This document shows positions 41,803 through 56,226 of a DNA stretch of 64,000 bases, piece by piece. A model generated the notes under the pieces. The model saw only the letters and a list, made by a program, of their open reading frames with translations, searched no databases and was not told where the DNA came from. Origin of the DNA: Rhizophagus irregularis (Eukaryota); assembly GCF_026210795.1 (NCBI RefSeq), contig NC_089435.1, positions 558,001-622,000 on the forward strand. Direction: 5' to 3'. Position numbers and translations under genes: made by a program. Numbering within the stretch: the first letter of the stretch is position 1; each line of letters begins with the position of its first letter.

Positions 41803-43250
41803 ATGTCATGTTCAAATGTATTTTTAGGAGATTTACCTGAATTATCTTATGATGTCATAAATTATTCTAAGAATCAACTTTATACCATGTATTTTAGTTA
41901 ATAAATTATGGTGTCGTCTAGTGATTCCATTATTATGGGAAAATCTTCCTATCCAGAATTATAGATTTATCGAAATTTACTTGCATAATTTAAATGATGA
42001 TTTTAAAACGAAATTAAATGAATATAAAATTATTAATATTATTTAAGAATATACTGTTTAATTATCCAAAGTTTTTTAGATATTTGAATATAAATAAGTT
42101 TATTTCCTCTATTAAACAGTGGTTGGCTGATGCTAATATTAATACAAAATCTAAGAATTTCAGGAGCTTAATTCAAAGGTCACTATTTAAAATTTTTATT
42201 AAAAATGAGTAAATTTACATACTCTTGAAATTTAAGATCTCAATGACTAATTATACTAATGATATTCTTGAGTTAATTTTACAAAATCAAAATTTCATTC
42301 ACAATGTTAGAAATTTGAAACTTCTTATTGATGAAAATACGAGAATTTATAATCTTACATCACAAATGATTCATTTACATCAAAATCTTAAGAAAATTTT
42401 GATAAGTAATGATATATATTTATATCAATTATCATTGTTATTATCGAAAGATTATAATTGTTCAAATACCTTAAATACAATCATTTTCTATCACGTCGAA
42501 TTTAAATTAGTAAACAATCTTGGCGAAATATTTGAACAATCAAATGTTTTAGAATCCGTTCATATTTTTTTTTGTTCTTTCTTGAATAGTAACCTTACTC
42601 AACAAATTATTAATTTAACAAAACCATTTAAATTAAAATCTTTATTTATTGTAATTGAGAAATCACAAATTGAAGCAGCACAACAATCATTACAAATATC
42701 TGGTGATTATTTAGAAAATTTCTGGTTTTCCTATAATGCATCAATAAATCAACAATTATTAAAATATTGTAAGAATATCAAATTACTTTATTTTGGTATG
42801 TATGAAAAATAGTTTACTTATCAAATAATCAATTCAATTGAAAATATTAAACAAAATCTTAGTTCAATCGGAAATGATCATTTAACAAATTGTAGTTCAA
42901 TCATATTACAAAACCTAGGACATCTAAATTAGGTTACGTAAGCTTGAATCTTCCTATTAAAAAAAGTGATTTTAAAATATTCTTAGAAAATTCTCAAGAT
43001 ATTCTCATTAATAAATTATTAATAATAATACAAAGTTGTAGTGATGATATTTTACATTGCATAAAGGAACATATTATGAAGAAAAAAAGAGCCAAGTATT
43101 TGGATATTCGGGATGATATTAAAAATAAAGAATTGTTTGATTTGAAAGATGAAGTGAAAGAAAAGAATTTGAAATATATAATATTAAAGTTCGAAATGAT
43201 TTAGTTATTATGGATCATACCTTTGTAAATAATATTTACAATATTGATTA
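41803..43250 (+). pseudogene. F-box-like/LRR-like gene of an expanded Glomeromycotina family, frameshifted
   Basis: MSCSNVFLGDLPEL, LVNKLWCRLVIPLLWEN, LFNYPKF, CSNTLNTIIFY, KPFKLKSLF across several broken ORFs. Confidence 0.75.
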
Positions 43251-45855
43251 GTTAAAGAATATTTGATTAGTAGTTATTGTTATAAAGATGAATAATCATA
43301 TTTAATATTTGTAAAAACCATTACAACTGATTAATTAAAGTTCTTGATAAGTTTACTTTTCTAAAAAAAAAAATTAATTCTAGAGACTTAATGAGAAATT
43401 TTTTTTGTTCATGACAAATTATAAATATTAAATCCATTTCCAGAAATGGACTGGATCAATAAAGGGCATAATTCAATTTGCCAATTCAGGGTATTTTGTA
43501 TGGATCATGGGAAAATTTACCGGAATTAGTTATACCCGGGTATATTATAATGGTACGCTGTGTCTTTTAGTCAGTACTATACGGTGGTCTTTATGATATT
43601 GATACATCATTCATTTGTAATAAGGTTTCTAAAAATAGAGCTACTAGTAGTACACAAATAATTTTAAGAATTCTAGTTTAATTGGCCTATTACTTTCGAT
43701 GTTAAACTTATACAAACTAATTGTAATATTTATAGTTGGTATTTTGAATAAATTACTCCAATCAATATTATTTTGATTATAATATGTAATCCATTTAAAT
43801 TGTTGTTAATTATTTTATAAATTTAATATTCCTGAAATATCGGTATCATGAGGTGAAAATATTAGATATTTAGGATTTGGACAATTTTGATAAAATAACC
43901 AGAATCATTCTTTTCATCATAAAGTTCTATATAACAAGTGATCCATTTGTATTTTAAATTAAATTTATTAAATAGTTGACAGGAAATTTATCAAGTTTTA
44001 AAATTGTAAAGAAGGAAATGATAAATATTCTAAACTCTTCTATTTACTTATTATCTTACAACAATTCTAATCCTGTCAATTTCAGTAATAAATGAATTAT
44101 CTAAATCTCATAAAATATTGAATATTATTTAAAAGTTTAATCAAAAATATTACGAAACAGTTCATTTTGCGGCTATCAATAATAATAAATTTCAAAATAA
44201 ACATTAACTAATCCTCAATTTCCCATAATTGTTATTAGACCTTTCAAATAAAATATAAAAGCATCAACTCTAATTGAATTAATTACATACTTTTGTTAAT
44301 CTAACTAAAATATAAACTAAAATTGGACGTATAAGAGCACGATTATACAGCCCTCGCAACATATATTATTCGCATTAGGTAGTACAGAAGAATTGAACAT
44401 TCAATACATTAATAAATTATAAACCTTATTATTTATTACAAAGAGTTTTTATAATTAAGATCTAATTCGTGATCCCATAGTATAGTAGTTAATCTGGTTC
44501 TCTTGGGAACTAATCAAAATTGATTTATGAATTGATAAAATTAATTTCTTCATATTATAATAAATATTTCTTATAATTTTAAATTATTATGTGTTTAAAT
44601 AAGTCAATAGCAAATTTTACAGCGAACCCGTGAAAGAGTGTACGATCAATTATGGAATTTTCAAGTTAATCGAAAAATGAAATTATATAACTAGTAATAT
44701 TGTGATTTGATACAAATATTAGATTTAGATTTCTTTATAGATTCAATCTCTTAAAAAAGATTATGTATTTAATTAAGCCATCATATAGATTTATTCACTA
44801 TCCTTAAGGCTTTATCGTTTTAAGCATTACCATATCACTACTACTATTATATACGTTTTTTGTCAAATTTTTCATACAATAATAGAACTTACGATAATAA
44901 TCTTATAATGTAATTATCAATATTGCTCTAACATTTGTTAAAATGTAATCTTTGAAATATAATTATAATCCGAATAGATGAAATCTGATTCCTAGGCATT
45001 TATGACGTTTTCTAGAAATATTTCATATTTTAATTTAAAAAGCTATGGATAATCTCTATCTGTAAAGGATATCCATATTAAATTTTAAAAAAACTCACCA
45101 TATAAGTAAATAACAATAGACGAAATAAAATAGGGATATACGAGACTTTAATGACCAATATTTTTATGAGACATCCAATATCAAAATCAAGTTTTAATGG
45201 AATTAATTCCTATTTGTCGCCGCAGTATTTATAATGATCGAACTATTGATTCAGTTATTAAGATAATCGAAGATTTATATCTATATTCTCTCATCCAACA
45301 ACTATTTATTTCTTGATATTTTCACAATATAATCTACCTACAATTTATTTAATGATCATTGTATAAAAGACAATCTTTTGCTTGATAAGGAGATTTACAT
45401 GTCATATTATTTATTACTATATCAATATTGTTTAGTCATCTAATGAATTGATGGCTTTGAATACATCTCCAACATGAACAAAAAATTTACTGCCATTTTC
45501 AAAATGAACGAAATCGTTTAAATTCGCGTTTATTATTTTCAAATAAAAAAAAGGAATGACGTGTTAAAAAGTATAAATGAGAAAACAAACAATGAATCCT
45601 TTGGTACTAATTAACAAGAACTGAAATAATGCTGTGTTTAATCTGAGATGAGTTTATCATCTGATATTACAAAGTTAAACAAACATTCAATATAGATTGT
45701 ACCAAAATAGACGAATACTATAGTACATGTTTAGATATAAACTTAATTGTTTATAATATCAAATTTAGACTCTAATTAACACGAATATTGCTTAAGTGCA
45801 CAAAAATGGTTATTGTTAAATTCTTTTTCATTCATAAATTTAATCTTTTTTTTAA

Positions 45856-47326
45856 TTATTTTTTAATTACTTGAAATACTTCATAATCTTCTACTTCAAA
45901 ATTCTCTGGGATCCCTATTTTAGAATAACGATTTCCATTATCTTGATTATTATAAGACCAAATATTATTATAACAGATTAAATTACCCATAGTTGGTCCA
46001 TGACTAGAACCACAAAAAACAGCCAAACTCTGTATACTAACATAACTTCTTTTTGCAGTAGAAATATCTTTTCCATTTGTAAAATTAAATAAAAAACTAT
46101 CTGCTGTAGTTTTCCAAGAGAAACTTTGATCCCAATCAAGTGGATTATATCCACCAATTAATTGTGTAGAATTTTTAATTTTTGCGATCCAAATAGTAGC
46201 TCCTTTATTGTCACAATTTCTATGAAAAGATGAAGTATCATTTCCATCTTGACTTGCACGATATAATAAATTAAGATCATATGGAATATTTTTTCTATTA
46301 TAATGTGAAGAATCCATTTTATCAATCCATGAAGCAAAAATAGAAACATGGTTTGATTCAATCAAGGTTGAATTAAGTTGATATTTAAAATTTGGTTTTC
46401 TTGGTGTCAAATTAGTTTTAGGTTTCATATTAGGAACTATATAAAATTCTAAAAGATTATGAATTAAATCTTGTGGTAAGATATCTTTATAACAATAAAC
46501 TTTATAAAAGAAATCTGTAGGTTCAATATCATAAAATCGAATTAAAGGAATAAATCTATACAATGCTCTCTTGATCTTTGTAATATCTTCTTTATTCCAT
46601 TTTAATGGTTCATTCTTCATATTTTGTTGAGAAAAACACCATTTTAACAAATTTTCCCAAATTTCAATTTCATCCATATTTAAATCATCTCTTTTTAACA
46701 ATAATTCTAATAAAGGAGCTTTTAAATTAATAAATTTATCAGAATTGAATAGAACTTCAGGTTCTTCACAAATTTTTTCAAGACAGAAATTCCATAAATC
46801 TGTAAATGTTTCATGTTGATAAACAGTTTCAAGAATTTCAGTTGGATTTTGATATAAAAATTCAGTTTGGTGTTCAATCAAAAATTCTTGAATATGAGAA
46901 ACCAAAGAATGAATATTGAGTTCATCAACTGCAATTAACAATTTCAATACATCAGAACCTTGTAAATTCTTTAATTCAATACTTCCACAATAAATAAACC
47001 TAATGTACAATGATATAATATTAATTAGACTTTCCTTTTATAACATAAATTTATTATAAACATTTTAAATACCTAAGAATAATATTAAATAATTGTGGTG
47101 AGATGTTAGGTTTTCTGAAAATAAATTTTCCATCTTTTTTCTCAGCCCATTCATTGAAAAAAGCAGAGCGAAAGTATTGAGACCTAATGCACAAAATATT
47201 TGAATGAGCATGAATTTCCTTAACATATTGCTCTTCACCAGCATAAATAATAACGTCATATCCAATTTCTGTCTTAAAAAGTTTTTCGTAATCATTAGAT
47301 AATTCTGCCAAGAATTTTGAAGACAT
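45856..47326 (-). CDS. BTB/POZ-BACK-TLDc protein, 465 aa; exons 47326-47073 and 46999-45856
   Basis: Intact frame after a GT-AG intron; BTB and TLDc motifs as in the paralogues. Confidence 0.92.
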
Positions 47327-47459
47327 TGTTTTTAATGTTAAGTAAGAAATGCAGGAAATGCAGTTAAAATTAAGGTTTGGGTACAAACACTTTTTATATT
47401 ATTTTATGATGATCAATTTCTACAACCGGAAATATTGCAGTTCCATAATAGTCCTAGTA

Positions 47460-47862
47460 CAGTCAACTCTTAATATAACGAAGTTGGCGTCCGGGTTGAT
47501 CAGGCTTTCGTTATAGGAATATTCGTTAATATGATGGGAAAATCTGGTATAACCCAGAAAATTTTTGTATATTATGGTATATTGTCGTATAATAATTGTA
47601 TCTTATAATGCAAAAATGCAAGTTACACAAAATATCTTCATTATATTGAAAAAAAATTCGTTATGAAAGAAAATTCATTATTAAAAGGGGCATTTTTCAT
47701 ATATGGTTTATAAAATTTACTTCGTTAAATGGTATACAGCATTTAATTAGTAAAATTCAGTATAATGAGATTTTTTTCATATGTTAAAATCTGTACCATA
47801 CTGAAGATCCGTTATATTGTAAAATTCGTTATATCAAAATTCGTTATAAGAAGAGTTGACTG
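47460..47862. mobile_element. pogo/Tc1-mariner-type MITE about 130 bp upstream of the BTB-TLDc start codon
   Basis: TIR CAGTCAACTCTT..TATAACGAA / TTCGTTATA..AAGAGTTGACTG, TA TSD. Confidence 0.9.
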
Positions 47863-48298
47863 TACTACTAATTAACATAGAAATTTGCAGTACTGACTTT
47901 GGAATATCATTTCGGTTGCTATGGTTGCTACTGCGCATTACTGGTGACATTAACTACTGCAGATTTGTGATCATTCAATAAAATTATTCTGAGTTACAAA
48001 AATAGATTTATTTGCAGAAATAATTATCTACATTATTATTTATATCATTGTAAAATGTGCTTGTTATTTTGATGAAAGATAATTTTTAGACACACAATCA
48101 GTTGTTCAGTTTAATTTAAATCATTAAAATTACATTATTTATTATATATTGTTACATTTATGAATGTTTAAAATTTTCACGCAATTTTCATAATGGAGCA
48201 TCTCAATTTTAGATTTAATTAGTTTTTTTTAACATAAAGAAAATTTTGATTGTAAAAATTTTAATTAATTAACAAAAAGCACAAATATTGATATTTTT

Positions 48299-48937
48299 TT
48301 ATCTTTTAATTACTTGAAATACTTCATAATCTTCTACCTCAAATTTTGCTGGGATCCCTATTTTAGGATAACGATTTCCATTATCATTATTATTATAAGA
48401 CCAAGCATCATTAAGACAGTATAAATTACCCATAGTTGGTCCATGACTATCTCCACAAAAAAAAGCCCTATTCTGCATACTAACATAACTTACTTTTGCA
48501 GTAGAAACATTTTTTCCATTTGTAAAATTAAATAAAAACTATCTGCTGTATTTTTCCAAGACCAACTTTGATCTCAATTGAGTGGATTATACCCACCAAT
48601 TAATTGTGTGGAATTTTTAATTCTTGCGATCCAAATAGTAGCTCCTTTATTGTCACAATTTCTATGAAAAGATAAAGTATTATTTCCATCTTGACTTGAT
48701 CGATGTAATAATTTAAAATCATAAGGGATATTTTTTCTATTATAATGTGAAGAATCTTTTTTATCAATCCATGAAGCAAAAATGGGAACATAGTCTGATT
48801 CAATCAAAGTTGAATCAAGTTGATATTTAAAATTCGGTTTTCTTGGTGCTAAATTAGTTTTAGGTTTCATGTTAGGAACTATATAAAATTCTAAAAGATT
48901 ATGAATTAAATCTTGTGGTAGGATATCTTTATAACAA
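48299..48937 (-). pseudogene. Partial tandem duplicate of the BTB-TLDc gene (TLDc-coding 3' part only)
   Basis: Homology starts abruptly at CYKDILPQD; TGG>TGA at 48574; the 3' flank 48160-48300 duplicates 48945-49080. Confidence 0.88.
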
Positions 48938-49079
48938 CTAAATTCGAATGTTTAAAATTTCCACACAAATTTCATAATAAAGCATCCCAATTTTATATTT
49001 AACTAGTTCTTCAACATAGTCAAGAAATTTATTTGTAAAAATTTTAATTAATTAACAAAAAGCATAAATACTGATTTTT

Positions 49080-50553
49080 CTATTTTTTAATTACTTGAAA
49101 TACTTCATAATCTTCTACCTCAAAATTTGCTGGGATTCCTATTTTAGGATAACGATTCCCATTATCATAATCATTATAAGTCCAAACATGTTGATCACAG
49201 AATAAATTACCCATAGTTGGTCCATATCTAAGGCCACAAAAAACAGCCAAATTCTGTGTACTAACATAACTTCTTTTTGCAGTAGAAATATCTTTTCCAT
49301 TTGTAAAATTAAATAAAAAACTATCTGCTGTAGTTTTCCAAATACAATTGCCCTTCCAATCAAGTGGATTGTACCCACCAATTAATTGTGTAGAATTTTT
49401 AATTTTTGCAATCCAAATAGTGGCTCCTTTATTATCACAATTTCTATGAAAAGATAAAGCATCATTTCCATCTTGACTTGAGCGGTATAATAATTTAAAG
49501 TCATAAGGGATATTTTTTCTATTGTTATGTGAAGAATCTTTTTTATCAATCCATGAAGCAAAAATGGGAACATGGTCTGATTCAATCAAAGTTGAATCAA
49601 GTTGATATTTAAAATTCGGTTTTCTTGGTGCTAAATTAGTTTTAGGTTTCATGTTAGGAACTACATAAAATTCTAAAAGATTATGAATTAAATCTTGTGG
49701 TAAGATATCTTTATAACAATAAACTTTATAGAAAAAATCTGTAGGTTCAATATCATAAAATCGAATTAAAGGAATAAATCTGTACAATGCCCTCTCAATC
49801 TTTGTAATATCTTCTTTATTCCATTTTGATGGTTCATTCTTCACATTTTGTTGAGAAAAACACCATTTTAACAAATTTTCCCAAATTTCAATTTCTTTCA
49901 TATTTAAATCATCTCTTTTTAGCAATAAATCTAATAAAGGAGCTTTTAAATCAATAAATTTATCAGAATCAAATAAAACTTTAGGTTCTTCACAAATTTT
50001 TTCAAGACAAAAATTCCATAAATCTGTAAATGTTTCATGTTGATAAACAGTTTCAAGAATTCCAGTTGGATTTTGATATAAAAATTCAGTTTCGTGTTCA
50101 ATCAAAAATTCTTGAATATGAGAAACTAAAGGATGAATATTAAGCTCATCAACTGCAATTAACAATTTTAATACATCAGGACCTTGTAAATTCTTTAATT
50201 CAATATTTCCACAATAAATAAATCTAATTTAAATAATATAATATTAATTAAACTTTCCTTTTATAATATATATTAATTTATTATAAACATTATAAATACC
50301 TAAGAATAATATTAAATAATTGTGGAGAAATATTTGGTTTTTTGAAAATAAATTTTCCATCTTTTTTCTCAGCCCATTCATTAGAAAAAGCAGAGCGAAA
50401 GTATTGAGACCTTATAGATAAAATATTTGAATGAGCATGAATTTCCTTAACATATTGCTCTTCACCAGCGTAAATAATAACATCATATCCAATTTCTGTC
50501 TCAAAAAGTTTTTCGTAATCGTTAGATAACTCTGCCCAAAATTTTGAAGACAT
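49080..50553 (-). CDS. BTB/POZ-BACK-TLDc protein, 465 aa; exons 50553-50300 and 50223-49080
   Basis: Intact frame with exon sizes identical to the 45856-47326 copy. Confidence 0.92.
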
Positions 50554-52827
50554 TGTTTTTAATTTATAAACGTAGTAATAAGAATAAGCAAGAAATGCAG
50601 AAAATGCGGTAAAAAATTAAAAAATTTAAGTTTTGAGTACAAACCATTTTTATATTATTCTATGATGATCAATTTCTATAACCGGAAAGTTCAGGAATAT
50701 GATTTTGCGATCATTTAATAAATTTCAAAGTTTAATTTATAAATGTTATGAGTTATGAAAATAGATTTATTTGCGGATTGTTTGATTGACTTACAGAAAT
50801 AAATCTACTGGTCATATACTGCACTTCATAATTATCAATTGTATTACCTATATTATGAGGATCTTTGTAATTTTTACTGTAATACTGTTTACTTTGAGAA
50901 ATAAAAGTAAAAAACATTAATCCAATTCAAATCGTCTAAGAATCCTATTAGTAAATCCCGTTAGTCAGCCTCCAGCTCTATAAAAAAGCGATATATTTTT
51001 AATAATGTTTTTATATGATTTTTTTTCATTTTTTTCATTAGAAATAACATGTATCATAATGGTCCGTTGATGGGGTACAGAAAAATGCACAATTATGTAT
51101 TACTAAAATACAATTTGGATATGGAATTTGCATGGAACTTTGCAAAAATCCTGAAATTTTGTATTAGCATTTTAATATGCTAAATTAATTAAAAGCTATT
51201 AATATAATAGTCTATTAAAAGCATAATAAAGGAATCTATTATATAAAATTACAAATATAGCCTTAAAATAGGTCGTAATAAAGGTCTATAATAGTCAAAT
51301 AATATTTTTTAAAATTTTGTTAAAATTTCATTATATTTATGCAAATATTATATTACGTTTATATTGCTAATATATGATTTTATAATTCTATATTTAGGAT
51401 TATGTATAATTAAGGCTTTTCAGACGAAATAAAGTGCATTTATTATATCAAGCTTAATAATTATTCTATTATAAAGAATTTTCAAATATATATACTGTAT
51501 AGTAATATAAAATTAATAAGATTATTTAATTAGTGAGTTTTATAATATTTATTTGCTGAAACCTCAGATTTAGCGACATTTAATGCTTCTAGCATGTGAC
51601 TATCATGTGACTATAGGGTCGATCGTCCGGAAGCCTTAATTTTTTTTAATTTTAAATAATGACTACTTTTTTAAAAAAAAAATTTATCCTTTCACTTCAA
51701 CTCAGCAATATAGAAGCAATAAGAATGTTAATACAATAATTTTTATTAATCCATTATTGGCTTTGCCATTTATCATAACATTAATTTATTAAAGTTTGTA
51801 TAATTAAACGTAATTAAACATAAGATATATTGATATATATATATAGTTGGAGCTTACTTAAGAATCATAAACTTCGTAGCCACGCTCAATTAAGGCAATG
51901 TATTACTAGACCTACACTAAAGATGACTTTAGTGAGGCTTTCTTTGTGAATTAAAAGAAATTTCATACACTTTGACAGCTGGTGGGATAGCTTATGACCT
52001 TTAACCTCAAGTCTGTTCATACTAATAAATCCAGAATGTTTCTAATAAAAGTATACTTAAGGTACTTCAAAGAATCTCTAAAAAGAAAAAAATAAATAAA
52101 TGAGCAATTAGTAAACATTCATCAATATAAAATAAAAAATAAATAAATACTTTCGTTTTTGTTTATAATCACATGATATCAATTGACACCTCCGACTTAT
52201 ACTGTTATAGCCAAATATAAGGGATATGATCGATATACCAAACGTCTAAATCCATCTAAAGAGCAAATATTCATCTAAAAAGTTTAAGCTTCTTACTCTA
52301 GTAGTTCCAAGAGGTGAAATGATTTAAAAGATATAATTGTTTCAATCTAAGAATGTATAATATATAATTGTAAAGAATATATAAAAAGAAAATTTGAACT
52401 GACCTAAAAAAAGAAAAAAATCCTAAACAATCCTACAAAAAGGAAAGGACTCCTAAACTGATCTACAAAAAAGAAAAAAGAAACTGAATCTTCTCACAAA
52501 AAAAAATCTGCTGGCCTATGAAATAAAAAAATAGATAAATATAAATAAAAAAGAAAGAGGAATAAAGAATAAATCAAAAAAATTTTTTTTTAAAAAGAGA
52601 GTAACAAAGTTAGGAAAGTTAAAAAAAATTCTTTTTTTAAAGGGAGAACGTCAAAGTTAGAAAAAATAAAAATTTTTTATAAAGAGGAAATAGAAGAAAA
52701 TTTTTTAAAAAAAAAAGAAGAGTGGGAATAAAAGAATAAAATCAAAAAAAAAATTTTTTTTTAAAGGAGAGTGATAAAAAAAAAAAAATTTTAAAGTGAG
52801 GTACGAAAAAAAAAAATTTTTTTTTAA

Positions 52828-53180
52828 AGGTAGTGTGTAGCACGTGATTTTTAAATATATATTGTATGGCAAATTTTTTTGCCGATCATTTGTTTACATT
52901 TTATATATCACCGCGTGTTACATTTAATATAAACAACCAATAAAATTTAAGATTGCCTATTCGCAATTTCATATGAGGGTTTTTGAAAATTTTTTTTAAG
53001 GAATAAAATTTTTTAAAGTCAATAGATAAAGTTTGAAAATGTGGCTTTCTAACCATATAATTTTTATCCTTTTATATTAAGTATAACAAAAGTTTATATT
53101 GCACAGAAATTTGTGTTACTATATAATATAAAATTTGCCATGTCAATCAATATGAAACTATCACGTGATACACAATACCT
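52828..53180. mobile_element. Kolobok-like MITE (AG..CT termini, TTAA TSD)
   Basis: TTAA|AGGTAGTGTGTAGCACGTGAT ... ATCACGTGATACACAATACCT|TTAA. Confidence 0.85.
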
Positions 53181-53189
53181 TTAAAAGGG

Positions 53190-54102
53190 TAGTGCTTCGA
53201 TCTGGGTAGAAACCGTTATCCGGATAAATTAAAAAAATTATCCAGTTTTTATCCAAATTATCCGGTTCGGATATAAATCTGGATATATCCGGATAGAAAC
53301 TGAAACCCGGATAAGATTATATATAAAATTTTTTTTTCATTAATCGATCTTAACAAATAATATCAGTCGCATTAACTTAATTAAATTTTGACTTGATATT
53401 TTTAACTAAATTAGTGATATTTTATTAATTTTAAATAAAATAAATTTTAATTTTAGCTAGCACTACGAATTTTGCCTGAATTATGACAATTTTTTGAAAA
53501 TTTGAAAAATGTAAAATTTTGCAATAAATACATTATTACAAATATAAAAAATACAGTAAAATTATAAAATAATGGAAGATTAGCATGAACTAATTATTTT
53601 TATTATATTTTTACTATTTTGTACTTAAAATTAATCAATTCAACCTATCTATTAGAAAAAAAAAAATCTTTTTTTTTAAATCATGTATCGACAGTAATTT
53701 GGGCCAAACATATAATTGCGGCCATAATTACAAAAATCCCAAATTTTGTTTAGCTGGTCTGGAAACTGCTGCCTCTTGACAAATATCAAGCAATTTCGCA
53801 AAATTCGGGCTGGCATTATAAATGGCCTGAATTATACTGACCATCGAATGTTCTACTAGTAATTTTAGTAAGATAGATTATGATTTTAATAAATGGTAAT
53901 TTAATAGATAATAATGTCAATAAATATGTAATTTAAATGACAAAAAAAATTTTTTATAATTTTTTTTATCCGGATAACGGGTCAAACCAGATATTTTCTA
54001 TCTAGATATTTATTCGGATAAAAACCGTGGTATCCGGATAGCTATTTTTTTTTCTGGATATCCGGATACCGCAGTTTTATCCATGCACGGATCAAAGCAC
54101 TA
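53190..54102. mobile_element. hAT-type MITE with a nested small foldback at about 53692-53839
   Basis: TIR TAGTGCTTYGATC, perfect 8-bp TSD TAAAAGGG, many ATCCGGAT subterminal motifs. Confidence 0.92.
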
Positions 54103-56226
54103 TAAAAGGGGGTGATGAAAAAAGAAAAAAAATAACAAAAATAAGACAAGAGAAAAGAGAAGGAAGGGAAAGATAGAAAGGAAGATCAGAAGATCAAACT
54201 CATCAAAGTAAGGGTTTATATATAAAAAACAAAAACGTATCATAACAAAACAATAAACAATCACGTGATCTCGTGTTATGATATGAGATTTTTGTAAAAT
54301 TATTTTCTAAAAATATTAAGTTTAAAAATTCCGTATACATTTCGTATGATTAATTTTTTCTGTATATATTTCATATACATCAGTTTTTTTAAAAAATGTT
54401 CAAAAATGAATTGCTTATTAAATATACGGAATTTGTATACGGAATCTATAGAAACGTACATAAAATATATACAAAACGTATCCTTTCCATATACATATTT
54501 CTTATAGGGCACATTCTTGTTATACTTCTTGATTACTCAATCAATTTACAAAAGAACTTCCAAAACATAATGATACTTACAATATTTCAGCAGAAGTTAC
54601 TGATTTTACTGATTTTACAGAGTATGTAACATTTACTTAAATTATTGTTTATTTTTATTGAAAATTTATTAAATTATTATAAATCATTTTATAGGTAGGT
54701 TATCAAACAAAAATGAAAAATAAGTCAATTAGAACATGCATTTGCACCAAATATGAAATACATTTTATGAAAGTTCATCTAAAAAAAAAGCAATAAATAT
54801 AAAATATAAAAGGTGTAATACAATTATGAAAACTCATGTTCTAATTATGATTTGATACTAAACTCCTTATGTTAGCACGTAAACTCTTTCACAGGTTTGC
54901 TAAAATTTGCTATTGACTTATTTAAACACATAATAATTTTAAAATTATAAAAAATATTATTTTAATATGAAGAAATTTATTTTTATCAATTTATAAATCA
55001 ATTTTAATTAATTTATTAACTAAAATGCACGAGTATAAATGAAGTTTATGGGAAGTATCTGAAATAGGTAAATTATATATGATTTCGATATTGTCATACA
55101 ATTCATGCTGATTAATAGTGTGTAATATGTTTCCAGATATTTGTTTCACCTTTCATAAATTATATAGTCCTTCGCACTTGAAACCGGACCAGGTCCATTC
55201 CTTAAAAATGATTTAATATTTATAAATTTATTATGAACAAAAAAGTTCCTCACTAAATCTGTTGCAATGATTCAATTTGTGATGCTTCATTTAAAATTAA
55301 AGTCACAATTATCTAATAAAACTACTATTCAAGAATGTATGAACATTTTATCAATATTGTTCAAAGATATCAAAATAATAATATTTTTTTGGTAGATCGC
55401 ATGACTGAAAATGAAAAATCATTAATAATACAAACTAAGTTTTTTTCATTAATTTGCAAAGAAAAATATTTCACTAAACTGTATTAGCAATGAAAATTTT
55501 AGAAATTCGACAGAAAGTACACAACTCTGGCAGCTAATTATTTATACAGACGATAATCTAAACGTGTCAGAGTTTTTTTGTATTTTATAGATGACACTTT
55601 GTTAATCATAACATCAAAAAATTACTTTTTTAAAAAATTGTGACATATTGTAAACCACTTGAAAACCTAGACTTTTATTTAATTATAAGTTTACCTCAGA
55701 TTGCACAGTCTAAGCAATCAGTATTATCATCTGCATATTTTGGAAGGTCTTTTGTAAAAGGGTTAAGTAATCTAGATGTATAGATAGCTTCAGTATGAGT
55801 TATTGAATAGTTATTTTTACCTATTCTATCATTATTGTTTAATCTATATTCTTCTGCTTCCTTGAATTGGTCTTCATTATTTGAGTAAAATTGTTTAATG
55901 AGTTTTTCCACTTCAGCAACATTAGGCCTATTAATAGGATTTGAATCTAAACAATTCTTCATTAAATCAATATAGCACTTAGGTGCTTCTGGCTCATTTA
56001 TTTCAGGCCTAATTCTTTTATTACATATATCTAATGCTAATAAATTATCATGAGCACAATTTGCAAATGGCTGTTTTTCAGTTGCTACAAAATACATAAT
56101 CATTCCAAAGCTATATATATCCGCTGCTTTAGTATAAGGACTACCTCTTAATACTTCAGGAGCTACATAAGGCATAACTCCATAAATTTTTGTTTCGTCT
56201 ATATTATCAACTTCTCCACATGAACC

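Noticed and set aside
35806..49585. Alternative-frame ORFs overlapping the BTB-TLDc genes in several copies
   Set aside because: Their recurrence is explained by recent duplication and AT-rich codon bias.
51860..52330. Possible decayed coding fragment on the minus strand
   Set aside because: Multiple stops and no motif I can identify with confidence.
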